A stretch of DNA of 64,000 nt from Candidatus Gottesmanbacteria bacterium RIFCSPLOWO2_01_FULL_42_22. Its GTDB lineage: Bacteria > Patescibacteriota > Microgenomatia > 2-02-FULL-39-11. The notes beneath the pieces were generated by a model, which was given only the letters and a program-made list of their open reading frames with translations, ran no database searches and was not told where the DNA came from. Where the stretch lies: the NCBI GenBank assembly GCA_001779315.1, contig MFJU01000006.1, positions 2,612 to 66,611 on the forward strand, given 5' to 3'. The translations under genes were made by a program, and so were the position numbers. Below, one piece after another: positions 26,097 to 35,155 of this stretch (positions are counted from its first letter, which is position 1; every line of letters begins with the position of its first letter).

Positions 26097-28380
26097 CATA
26101 ATTGAAAACACCTCGTCGCTTTTAGCCCTGGTCACCGGACGCTGGGACGGGGTTCATATTTTGGCGGAAAAATTAAGAAAGGGCAACTGCCAGGTTATCG
26201 CCACAGACAAATTACCAACCAGCGGTAAATTTGACTATATATTCCTTTTCGGTTCGGTAGAGGATGCCTATCAGGCATTTTTGAAATTACTGAAGGAAAA
26301 CAGCCGGATGCTGCTTATAACCGGCCACAGGGATGAGGATTTAAGTAAACTCGAAAATTTGGATAACATCAAAATTGTTAAAGTAAGGGATTTATCAGAC
26401 TGGAATCAGGAGGAACTCTCTGAAATTTTACTAAAAATAATTTTTACACCGTCAGTCAAAAAAATCTTTACTCTTAAAAGCAAAAATGGGTCGAGTAGTA
26501 AAAAACCGGATAAAATCCGCCGCATAACAGAATATCCTGTTTCGGCGATTACCACCAGGAAAATCAGAGGTTACCTGCCTGTTTTACTTTCTTTGTTTGT
26601 CTTTGCAGTTTTAATCGGGGCCAGCACATTCGTCTGGTATTTTTATTCAGTAAAAAATATTTTTACCGATTTAAAAAATAATTTAACTGTAGGGAATATG
26701 GAGGAGGTGCGCCTGAATTTAGCCAGCGCCGAAGATAAAATAAAAATTGCCAAGGGACTGTTTAATACGACCTCCGTAGTTTTCTTCCCGCTTAAAAACT
26801 CCACGTCTTTGCTTAATCTGGGACAGATGATTGATTCAACCGACCGCATGCTGACAGTTGTCCATGGATCAATAAATTTAATTGATGAAATAAAAGCCGG
26901 TAATCAAAATTACCCCCTGGTCAATTTTAACTTTTCCAAAAGCAATTTTAACTCGCTGGTGGAGACGGTGTCAGCCCTTGACTTTGCGGCAGGAGATCTG
27001 CAGGAAAAAATCGTATCGACCCAATTACCGTATTTTCCGAAAGAGAACCTTTTGCCGATGATAGTAGAAGCCAGACAAAATCTGGCCTCAGTTAAAGAAA
27101 CTGTGCCGGTATTGGAAACGGTATTTTCCTCTCCTTCCCCTAAGACATATCTTTTACTTTTCCAAAATAACATGGAATTGCGGGCAACCGGCGGTTTTAT
27201 CGGTTCTGTCGGATTATTGACTATCACCAGCGGCTTAATAGAGGATTTCAGGATAATGGATGTTTATAGTTTGGACGGGCAGTTAAAAGGACATGTCGAA
27301 CCGCCTCTGCCCATACGATTGTATTTAAACCAACCGAACTGGTTTCTCAGAGACAGCAATTTTGATCCTGATTTTGCCAAAGCCTCCATTCAGGCCGAAT
27401 GGTTTATCAGAAAAATATTGAATAAGGAAATTGACGGGGTGATCGGTATAAACCTTTTTTTTGTCCAGGATTTATTGGCAGCTGTCGGGCCGGTAACTTT
27501 GGCTGATTTTGGCAACGAAGTTATAACTGCAGATAATTTATTCGTCAAAAGCCAGCTGCACATCCAATCCGGTTTTTTCGAAGGTTCATCCACCAAAAAA
27601 GATTTTCTGACCGCACTCTCCCAAAGTCTACAGACGAAAGTTTCCGCGGAAAAAACTTCAATTTTCAAATTAGCCCAAGTAGTTAAAAAATCATTGGACG
27701 AGAAAAATATCCTTATTTACCTCAATGACGGGACCGGCCAGAATAAAATCGAACATCTGGGATGGGGCGGCAGAATCTTCAGCGTCAATTGCTTAAGCCG
27801 CGAAGAAAATTGCCTTGCCGATTATCTGTATCTGGTTGACAGCAATTTAGGTGTTAACAAAGCCAACTTTTTTATCAAAAAATCAGCCAATATCAGAAAA
27901 AAAATCAATAAGGAAGGACAAATAGAAACCGAGCTGGAAATAAGTATGGAAAATCAGGGATCTTCAGCCTATTTACAGGGCGGGGTTTATACCGATTATT
28001 TAAGAATAATCGTACCGCGCGGCAGCCGTTTGGTTTCTGCCAATCTTTCAGGCAGGGAAATAGAAAAATCTTCCATTGAAAGCAGCGATTACCAGACTGA
28101 TAAAACATCTTTTGGGATGCTTCTCAAGATTCCTGAATTGAAATTAAGCCGACTTTTTCTTACATTCCTCCAGATGAACCCTGTAAAAAATAATATCCGC
28201 GAGTATCAGTTTTATATGCAAAAGCAACCCGGGGACAAGTCATACAGTTTCAATCTGGCAGTTGAATCAGCCAAAATTAATTTTCAGCCCAAGAATTTCT
28301 CTTCAGTTACCAAAGAAGGCATCAATATTGCTTCGGATACTTCAGTTGACCGTATATTTACTTTCAATGTCAGCCCTTAG
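26089..28380 (+). CDS. DUF4012-domain membrane-anchored protein
   Basis: Single TM, LFQNNMELRATGGFIGS, RDSNFDPDF, NLGVNKAN, YLRIIVPRGS. Confidence 0.85.
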   Translation: MNNIIENTSSLLALVTGRWDGVHILAEKLRKGNCQVIATDKLPTSGKFDYIFLFGSVEDAYQAFLKLLKENSRMLLITGHRDEDLSKLENLDNIKIVKVRDLSDWNQEELSEILLKIIFTPSVKKIFTLKSKNGSSSKKPDKIRRITEYPVSAITTRKIRGYLPVLLSLFVFAVLIGASTFVWYFYSVKNIFTDLKNNLTVGNMEEVRLNLASAEDKIKIAKGLFNTTSVVFFPLKNSTSLLNLGQMIDSTDRMLTVVHGSINLIDEIKAGNQNYPLVNFNFSKSNFNSLVETVSALDFAAGDLQEKIVSTQLPYFPKENLLPMIVEARQNLASVKETVPVLETVFSSPSPKTYLLLFQNNMELRATGGFIGSVGLLTITSGLIEDFRIMDVYSLDGQLKGHVEPPLPIRLYLNQPNWFLRDSNFDPDFAKASIQAEWFIRKILNKEIDGVIGINLFFVQDLLAAVGPVTLADFGNEVITADNLFVKSQLHIQSGFFEGSSTKKDFLTALSQSLQTKVSAEKTSIFKLAQVVKKSLDEKNILIYLNDGTGQNKIEHLGWGGRIFSVNCLSREENCLADYLYLVDSNLGVNKANFFIKKSANIRKKINKEGQIETELEISMENQGSSAYLQGGVYTDYLRIIVPRGSRLVSANLSGREIEKSSIESSDYQTDKTSFGMLLKIPELKLSRLFLTFLQMNPVKNNIREYQFYMQKQPGDKSYSFNLAVESAKINFQPKNFSSVTKEGINIASDTSVDRIFTFNVSP

Positions 28381-29523
28381 GTCAGGTAAATAGGCTGACA
28401 GAAGCGATTCGGCTTTTGCCATATATTGCCCGTTTTGAAAAGCAGTCATTTCCTGAAGATAGTTGTTTAAGACCTCATTTAGCTCTGATTTCTCGATTAT
28501 TGACCGGCTATAAACTTCCAAAAGGCGGTAATGCAGGTCCTGCCTTTCAGCTTCATTTTCCAGCTGAAGCCAAAGTTTTTGAGAGAACGGAGTCTCGATA
28601 ATTTTCCTGGCTGATTCTGTTTTGCCGGATTTAAGCAGATTAGAAGCGCGCAAGATTAAATTTTCCTGATAATCAACTAAATTCTGCTGGTATTGCCAAA
28701 ATGACTGGTCTTTGTCCTCCGGCTGGTATTCAACTTCCGGCAGATGAAGATCCCTGACATATGGCGACTGTTTGGGCAGAGTTTCCAATAAGATATTATC
28801 GGGATTTTTATAGACCCCGTTTTGATAAAAAGATTGAAGCAGATACTCCGCCTGATGATAAGTCAAATCAGTATCAACCGTATTTAAAAGCCATGATTTT
28901 ATACTTTGAGGCATATTATAAAATTCTTCAAAATGGGTAGTGATCATATCTTTAATAAAAAGAGCCTGATTGTGACTCCGCTGATTGTCACCGATAGCGT
29001 ATTGGCGTGACCTTAGAAACTGTAAAGTTGAGGTGGTCGGCATTTTTAAAGTCCTGAAGATTCCCAACGTTTCGGAAAAACCGATTTTAACTACCGCATC
29101 TATTTTTATTTGGGACATTTTCTCAATTTGCCCTATGGTATATTCAATACCGTTCCGGCTGCAGCTGTTAGCCAGATAGGTGGAATCGGTTTCAGGGGAG
29201 AGAAAAGTCCCGCGGGGGATGGAGGAAATAAGCAAATAATTGAATTTGGGAGAAAAACTGAAGATATGTACGGCATCGCAGCGGGGTTTATTATCACCCT
29301 TTCTGCTGTCCAGCCCCAGAAGCAGGATATGATATTCCCTTTCAGGGATAGAATCTTCATCATCTGCCGAGAGCGAAATATTTGATTTTGTTTCAGCTGA
29401 TTCTTTGACTGATACAGGGTTAAGCAGTATTTTAGGTCCGGAATTTACGGCAAACAAGGCAGTCAGGAACAGCAAATTGACAAACAAAATGGCTGACCAG
29501 GAAAAATAATAAAATTTACCCAT
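28342..29523 (-). CDS. LCP (LytR-CpsA-Psr) family cell-wall glycopolymer transferase
   Basis: N-terminal TM; ILLLGLDSR..RCDAV, SIPRGT, FLRSRQ..GDNQRSHNQ. Confidence 0.8.
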   Translation of the reverse strand: MGKFYYFSWSAILFVNLLFLTALFAVNSGPKILLNPVSVKESAETKSNISLSADDEDSIPEREYHILLLGLDSRKGDNKPRCDAVHIFSFSPKFNYLLISSIPRGTFLSPETDSTYLANSCSRNGIEYTIGQIEKMSQIKIDAVVKIGFSETLGIFRTLKMPTTSTLQFLRSRQYAIGDNQRSHNQALFIKDMITTHFEEFYNMPQSIKSWLLNTVDTDLTYHQAEYLLQSFYQNGVYKNPDNILLETLPKQSPYVRDLHLPEVEYQPEDKDQSFWQYQQNLVDYQENLILRASNLLKSGKTESARKIIETPFSQKLWLQLENEAERQDLHYRLLEVYSRSIIEKSELNEVLNNYLQEMTAFQNGQYMAKAESLLSAYLPDLRADIESKYTVN

Positions 29524-29582
29524 CTATCTCATTATAGGCAGGTAGTTTTTTTATTTTCAACAAGCCTGTGCCAAAATTTCAG

Positions 29583-29611
29583 TTGACTTATGGTAATTGA
29601 ATCTTTACAAT
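29583..29611 (+). promoter_or_regulatory. Sigma70-type promoter of rplY
   Basis: TTGACT-17 bp-TACAAT, 9 nt before ATG 29621. Confidence 0.7.
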
Positions 29612-29620
29612 ACTAGGATT

Positions 29621-30319
29621 ATGAATAAGACTTCCTTACCTGCCAAGCTCAGGACTGTTTTAGGCAGAAAAATCAAACAGCTGAGAAAACAGGGATTATT
29701 GCCTGCCAATATTTACGGCAAGAAAGTCAAGTCCCAGGCTGTTTCTGTTGACGCCAAAAAATTTGCAGAAGTTTTCTCCAAAGCCGGAGAGACAGGTTTA
29801 TTGGAATTGGAGCTTGATGGCAAAAAACTGCCGGTTCTCATACATAACGTTTCCTATCATCCGGTCACAAATCAGACATTACATGCCGATTTCTACGCGG
29901 TTGATCTGAAAGAAAAGGTAGAAGCCAACGTGCCTTTGCTGATTATTGGCGAATCACCTGCTGTCAAGGATAAAACCGGGGTGCTGTTGATAAATTTGGA
30001 TGAACTGCATGTGGAAGCCTTGCCCCAGGATTTACCAGAGAAAATAGAAGTGGATATTGCCAATTTAGTCAAGCTGGATGATGCAATTAAAGTAGCAGAT
30101 TTGCCGGTTTCCGACAAAATCAAAATCCTGACTGATCTTGAACTGGAAGTAGCTAAAATCGCCCCATTAGTAGTCAAAGAGAAAGTTGAAGAAGCCCCCA
30201 TAACTGTTGCTGTGGAAGGAGAAGAGGGAGAAGCAGCTGAAGCGGTTCCAGGTGAGGAAGCTAGTGTACCTGAAAAAGGAGATAAGAGTGAAAAACCGGA
30301 AAATCAGGCCAAGCAGTAA
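29621..30319 (+). CDS. rplY: 50S ribosomal protein L25/Ctc
   Basis: LRKQGLLPANIYG, HADFYAVD, VEALPQDLPEKIEVDI, acidic tail. Confidence 0.93.
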   Translation: MNKTSLPAKLRTVLGRKIKQLRKQGLLPANIYGKKVKSQAVSVDAKKFAEVFSKAGETGLLELELDGKKLPVLIHNVSYHPVTNQTLHADFYAVDLKEKVEANVPLLIIGESPAVKDKTGVLLINLDELHVEALPQDLPEKIEVDIANLVKLDDAIKVADLPVSDKIKILTDLELEVAKIAPLVVKEKVEEAPITVAVEGEEGEAAEAVPGEEASVPEKGDKSEKPENQAKQ

Positions 30320-30322
30320 TTA

Positions 30323-30730
30323 TTAATCTCTAAACCCGTTGTTTTCCTTCGGAATCAATCCCAAATAATAATCTCCCTGTTCTTTATTTCCAACCGAAAA
30401 TAGAAGCGATGATAATTTGTGATAGGCAAAAGTATAACCCTGGTAATTATTAATTAAATCGTACCAGTATGACATCTCTTTTTCTACCTCTTGCCGAAAA
30501 TTTTCATTGATCGTTTGCGCGCCCAGGTAATTTTCTTCCGGTTTTCTCTCCGTAGATTTTTTTGCCGGATCCTTATTTTCAGATACGGGATTTGAATAAA
30601 AATTCATCACATTTAAAAAAAACGTTAAAGTGACTATCAGCCAAAGAAATGACTTTAGTAAGGAAAGGCCTACCCATGAGGGAATTATTCGGGAAATCTG
30701 CGGGAAAATTAAGATTTCTTTGTTGAACAT
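30323..30730 (-). CDS. Hypothetical membrane protein with C-terminal TPR-like helix pair
   Basis: One TM; YQGYTFAYHKLSSLLFSVGNKEQG resembles a TPR motif. Confidence 0.55.
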   Translation of the reverse strand: MFNKEILIFPQISRIIPSWVGLSLLKSFLWLIVTLTFFLNVMNFYSNPVSENKDPAKKSTERKPEENYLGAQTINENFRQEVEKEMSYWYDLINNYQGYTFAYHKLSSLLFSVGNKEQGDYYLGLIPKENNGFRD

Positions 30731-30800
30731 CTTTATTAATTAAGATTAGCCAATAAATTCTAAATTAGCAATAAGTTCAAGTCTTGACTCTCCGTTTAAT

Positions 30801-31358
30801 TTGCTTCACAATATGATCAGAAACATGTTCTGCCGCATGCCTAAAATATTAATTGCCTTATTATTAATTCAGATTTTAATTCAGCCCGTCCAGGCCCAGA
30901 GGGTCAGGCAATTAAACGAGGCAACCTCTCCCGGAGTAAAACGCAACCAACTGCAGCTCTTATCTCCCGAATCCAAAGCCAATCTGATTTTCCGGATTCT
31001 GGAGAAAAGATTAGTTTCGCTCGCCAAAAGGGTAAAGAAACTCAATGCTAGGGTACAACGCTCAATTGACAGACTTGAAGCATCTGAGGCAAATGTAACT
31101 AAATTTAACAATGATCTGAAGACTCTCAATGCCCAATTGACGGAGATAGAAGCGGATATTGATCAGGTTAAAACTGATTGGGAGGCTTATTTAAACTCGC
31201 CAGATAAGGTTAAATACAGTGCGGTAAGAACGCAGCTTAACAAAATGGTAGAAAAAATGAAAAATATCATTGCCGCTGAAAAAAAATTACTGCAGCAGCT
31301 GAAAAGATATGCCCTTAAGGAGGCTAAGGAAAATACAGCCAGCCCATCGGCTTTATAA
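30801..31358 (+). CDS. Hypothetical exported coiled-coil protein
   Basis: Signal-peptide-like MPKILIALLLIQILIQPVQA followed by heptad repeats; true start probably at a downstream ATG. Confidence 0.65.
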   Translation: MLHNMIRNMFCRMPKILIALLLIQILIQPVQAQRVRQLNEATSPGVKRNQLQLLSPESKANLIFRILEKRLVSLAKRVKKLNARVQRSIDRLEASEANVTKFNNDLKTLNAQLTEIEADIDQVKTDWEAYLNSPDKVKYSAVRTQLNKMVEKMKNIIAAEKKLLQQLKRYALKEAKENTASPSAL

Positions 31359-31370
31359 TTTATAAGATAT

Positions 31371-31901
31371 ATGGACAATCAAAATAAAAATTTACCGAAT
31401 AATCAGCCGGGACCGGTGCCAGCAGCTTCGGAAGGGCCATCTCCGACGCCGGTAATTCCTTCCGTACAGTCTGCTAGTGCAATACCGTCAACTTCGCCTG
31501 TACAGCCACCGCCCGTACAACCGTCTCCAGCAGAGAATAAAGTCAATGTAGTCATGCCGGAAAAACCAAATTCCGTACCGAAATGGTTCTACCTGTTTTT
31601 TATCCTGGTTATCCTGATTTTTCTTGGTGTAAGCGGTTTATTGATTTCTACCATAATCAAAAAAAACCAATCGGATAAAATATTACCGGAAGTTCAGATT
31701 TCTCCCGAAGTTTCGCTTAATCAAAGTCAAACAGCGACCGTGACTGCCATTCCCACCGAGTCTGATGCCGGCGCACTATTTTATGAGAAACAATCTGATT
31801 CAGATTTACCAGCGGAAATTGAAGCGGATCTTAATCAAACCGATACCGTTTATGTTGAAGAAGCCATAAGTGAATTGGATACAGAAGTTAATCCCCCCTG
31901 A
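31371..31901 (+). CDS. Hypothetical bitopic membrane protein, Pro-rich N-terminus
   Basis: P/S/Q-rich region, one TM, acidic C-terminus. Confidence 0.7.
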   Translation: MDNQNKNLPNNQPGPVPAASEGPSPTPVIPSVQSASAIPSTSPVQPPPVQPSPAENKVNVVMPEKPNSVPKWFYLFFILVILIFLGVSGLLISTIIKKNQSDKILPEVQISPEVSLNQSQTATVTAIPTESDAGALFYEKQSDSDLPAEIEADLNQTDTVYVEEAISELDTEVNPP

Positions 31902-31903
31902 AA

Positions 31904-32227
31904 TTATTTTTGCTTTCCTTTTCCAATTAAAAATAATCCGCCGGAAAGACCTAGGAAACTCAACAGATAAACAGCATTACCCGGTCCCGTGGATGGGATT
32001 TCACCTTTTTGAGTACTGGAACCTACGTTTTTTTCTATTGGTAGGTCAGTCGGTTTAATTTTAGCTGCTATAGGTGTCAGTGTCGGTTTGGCTTGAGCTA
32101 TTTTTGTGCTGACCCTGTTTTTTAGGGAATCAAAAAGCCTGCCTCTGTTCAGGATGACCGTAATTACCAGTATTATTACCAAAAAAGCTAAAATTAATCT
32201 TGTCGAGGTCATTCTAGAGCGGCCCAT
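31904..32227 (-). CDS. Small membrane protein with LPXTG-like C-terminal sorting signal
   Basis: N-terminal TM; C-terminus IPSTG + hydrophobic helix + KGKQK. Confidence 0.65.
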   Translation of the reverse strand: MGRSRMTSTRLILAFLVIILVITVILNRGRLFDSLKNRVSTKIAQAKPTLTPIAAKIKPTDLPIEKNVGSSTQKGEIPSTGPGNAVYLLSFLGLSGGLFLIGKGKQK

Positions 32228-32305
32228 AATATCGCATCTTTAATGCGGTTTGTCAAGTGAGTTAACTTATAAAATGAGTATTTCTGTGGTACAATCCATG
32301 GGCAG

Positions 32306-32812
32306 TTGAAAATGACAGGTAACGGCATATATCAGCAAAACAATTTTTACAGTCCGACATACGGATCCATGACTTTAACGCATTTACGCCGGAAAGCCTT
32401 GGATTTTATGGAACAGGAACCCGGCTATAGGTATAATCTCATCATTGGGACCGACTCCCAACCGAAAAACGGTCATGGTGTTGATTTTGTGACGGCGGTG
32501 GTGATTCACCGGGTAGGTTTCGGCGGCATTTATTTTTGGAAAAGAATTATTGATGGAAAAAAATATGTCTTAAAAACCAGGATCTACCAGGAAGCAGCCT
32601 TATCTTTAACCTGTGCCCAGGAAATTTTGGAGGTACTTAAAAATGACGGCTATACAAAGTATGACATTGAGATTCATGTGGATATCGGCAGTAACGGCGA
32701 GACTAAAGAAATGATCAATGAAGTTGTAGGGATGATCCGGGGGAGCGGTTTTCCGGTCAAAACAAAACCCCTTTCCTATGGAGCGTCCAAAGTTGCCGAC
32801 AGACATACATAA
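32306..32812 (+). CDS. RNase H-like YkuK (DUF458) family protein
   Basis: IIGTDSQ, RIYQEA, EIHVDIG, KP.SYGASKVADRHT. Confidence 0.85.
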   Translation: MKMTGNGIYQQNNFYSPTYGSMTLTHLRRKALDFMEQEPGYRYNLIIGTDSQPKNGHGVDFVTAVVIHRVGFGGIYFWKRIIDGKKYVLKTRIYQEAALSLTCAQEILEVLKNDGYTKYDIEIHVDIGSNGETKEMINEVVGMIRGSGFPVKTKPLSYGASKVADRHT

Positions 32813-33657
32813 TGGACAGGGAACGCTTAACCATTACTCTTAAAAAATCAATTCTTGAAAAAGTCGATCATATTATTGACGGCAGTCAGATCCGCAACCG
32901 CTCTCACGCCATTGAAACCCTGATTAGTAGAAGCCTCAATCCGACTATTGACAAGGCTGTCATTTTAGCCGGAGGCAGAGGCATTAATATGAGGCCTTTT
33001 ACTTTTGAGATGCCCAAAGGCCTTTTCCCGGTAGGCGGTAAACCCATTCTGGAACAGTTGATTGAACTTTTGAGAAAGTATGAAATCAGAAATATTCTTT
33101 TTTCCATAGGCCACCTGGGAGAAAAAATAGAGGAGTATTTCGGCGACGGCCGGAAATTCGGGGTCAATATTGAATATATTAAAGAGAAAGAAGAGGCGGG
33201 AACAGGCGGAGCTTTGGTGCTGGCTAAAAAATACTTAAACAACGATTCATTCCTGGTAGTTCACGGCGATATTCTGATCGATATCAACCTCAACGACATG
33301 ATAGCTTTCCATAAAAATAATGAAGCATTAGGCACAATAGCAGTGACGACTGTTCTTGACCCTTCTTCATACGGAGAGATAATCATGAATGGCACCAAAA
33401 TCACCCAATTTATCGAAAAACCGCAAAAAGGCAAGCAGAAATCCCAATTGATAAGCTGCGGTTTATATATTCTGGAAAAGGGCATTTTTTCTTATCTGCC
33501 GAAAAAAGGCCCCTCTCAGCTGGAAGATATTTTTGCCAAACTGGCTTCAACCGCCCAATTATCCGCTTTTCCTTTCAGCGGCCGCTTCTTGGATATCGGT
33601 ACGCCTAAATCCTATGAAAAAGCCATTAAAGAGTGGGGAAGTGTTAAAGCAGCGTAG
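32812..33657 (+). CDS. Sugar-phosphate nucleotidyltransferase-like protein with N-terminal ribbon-helix-helix domain
   Basis: RERLTITLKKSILEKVD..RNRSHAIETLI (RHH) fused to AVILAGGRG..MPKGL..GTGGAL..HGD..FLDIGTP. Confidence 0.8.
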   Translation: MDRERLTITLKKSILEKVDHIIDGSQIRNRSHAIETLISRSLNPTIDKAVILAGGRGINMRPFTFEMPKGLFPVGGKPILEQLIELLRKYEIRNILFSIGHLGEKIEEYFGDGRKFGVNIEYIKEKEEAGTGGALVLAKKYLNNDSFLVVHGDILIDINLNDMIAFHKNNEALGTIAVTTVLDPSSYGEIIMNGTKITQFIEKPQKGKQKSQLISCGLYILEKGIFSYLPKKGPSQLEDIFAKLASTAQLSAFPFSGRFLDIGTPKSYEKAIKEWGSVKAA

Positions 33658-33994
33658 GCAGTATTAATTTTATCGCCCCGCCAAAGCCGTCCGACATACC
33701 TAAAAACTGCAGAAGAACAATAAAGATAGCCCAGGAGGCAAAGACGATGACCAAACCCATAACGGCATGCAGTATTTTCTGCTGTGCTGTCTCCAGCTTG
33801 CCCTTGTCTCCTCCTGAGGAGATCCAGTTGAAAGCTCCCAAAAGCAGATTGACAAAAGCCCAGATAGTCGCTGCCACCAACAGAAGACCGATGAAGCCGG
33901 AAACAAATTTGCCGAGAATTTGCGGAGCTTTTTCCGGATCTTTTAATGAAGGAACGGCCGGATTGACGATTTGAGCTAGAAGTTCCCTTTTCAT
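33644..33994 (-). CDS. VirB2/TrbC-like pilin
   Basis: Two TMs linked by GAFNWISSGGDKGKLETAQQKILHAVMGL. Confidence 0.8.
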   Translation of the reverse strand: MKRELLAQIVNPAVPSLKDPEKAPQILGKFVSGFIGLLLVAATIWAFVNLLLGAFNWISSGGDKGKLETAQQKILHAVMGLVIVFASWAIFIVLLQFLGMSDGFGGAIKLILPTLL

Positions 33995-33997
33995 GTT

Positions 33998-34393
33998 TTA
34001 TTTTATTTTTAAATTCTGCAGCATGGCTCCCGGATCAAGAATATTTATGCCCAGCACTTTTCCGATTAAGGCTACAAAAACCCAGGCAAAGATGACAATA
34101 ACCAACCCGATTACGGCATTAGTCATTTTCTGCCTGGCGGCTTGAGTGTTATTTTTGTCACCTCCGGCGCTGATCCAGTTGAAGCCGGCAATTATAAATT
34201 GGATCATGAACCAGATAGCAGCTACAATGGTCAGAAAGCCCAATACTGTACTGAGGATTTTATTAAGTATGTTGCCGGTTTCCTGAGCGGTATCTGCCTG
34301 TCCGCTGCAGAGAAGTTTGGCAATCGGTCCCAGACCTTCGCCGCCGCCGATACAATCGTCAGCCCGGACAACTTCAGGAAAAAAAAAATTCAT
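33998..34393 (-). CDS. VirB2/TrbC-like pilin
   Basis: GFNWISAGGDKNNTQAARQKMTNAVIGL between two TMs. Confidence 0.8.
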   Translation of the reverse strand: MNFFFPEVVRADDCIGGGEGLGPIAKLLCSGQADTAQETGNILNKILSTVLGFLTIVAAIWFMIQFIIAGFNWISAGGDKNNTQAARQKMTNAVIGLVIVIFAWVFVALIGKVLGINILDPGAMLQNLKIK

Positions 34394-34743
34394 GGTGCGA
34401 TTTTTAACTGCGGTTTCAGTAATGCTGTCGGGCCGTCAAAAAAGATGATGCCGATAATGGCAGCGATGAGGAATGAGGCCACCATGATTAAAAGTCCGAT
34501 AAATGACCAGTAAATTTTCGCCCAGGCAGAAGAGACTTTTTTGGGATCGCCGCCGGCTGCGATGAAGCCTATGCCGGCAATGACGATATTAAACAAAGCC
34601 CAGATGCCTCCGACAATCAGCAAAAGACGCAGAAAGGTATTCAAAAGGACTGTAATTCCGACAAATTTGCCCGTCGGATCGATGGCCTGAGGCAAGCCTT
34701 CCGGTGGTGTCACTTTACCGATAATATCTAACGGGTCAGCCAT
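34390..34743 (-). CDS. VirB2/TrbC-like pilin
   Basis: GIGFIAAGGDPKKVSSAWAKIYWSFIGL between two TMs. Confidence 0.8.
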   Translation of the reverse strand: MADPLDIIGKVTPPEGLPQAIDPTGKFVGITVLLNTFLRLLLIVGGIWALFNIVIAGIGFIAAGGDPKKVSSAWAKIYWSFIGLLIMVASFLIAAIIGIIFFDGPTALLKPQLKIAP

Positions 34744-35051
34744 TAAAATAATCCTTTCATGGAATTAAAGGAAACATAATTAATGATCTGCAGTATCCAG
34801 TATGAGGCAAAAATCAGGATAAGGCCGATCACAGAATAGGTTAAAAATGATTTTGCCCTTTCCGCTCCCTGGGGATCTCCCGAATTGCCCGAAGACACCA
34901 CGGCAAAACCGGCGATAAAAACTAAAATAAAAAAAATGACACCGGCGATAAGCAGGATGTTCGGTAAAAACGAGGATACCAATGAGGCTAATGTGGGAAA
35001 GTTTAAAGCAGGAGCATATTTATCTTCTATTCTGACCTGGGCAAGCTGCAT
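34743..35051 (-). CDS. VirB2/TrbC-like pilin
   Basis: GFAVVSSGNSGDPQGAERAKSFLTYSVIGL between two TMs. Confidence 0.75.
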   Translation of the reverse strand: MQLAQVRIEDKYAPALNFPTLASLVSSFLPNILLIAGVIFFILVFIAGFAVVSSGNSGDPQGAERAKSFLTYSVIGLILIFASYWILQIINYVSFNSMKGLF

Positions 35052-35155
35052 AATTTAAGTTTAAGAGCATGAATTGTCTTTTGTCAAATGGGGAAACAGG
35101 AATTATAATAAGCGGATACAAAGGATTTGCGACAATTTTGCCGACTAACTTGGTA

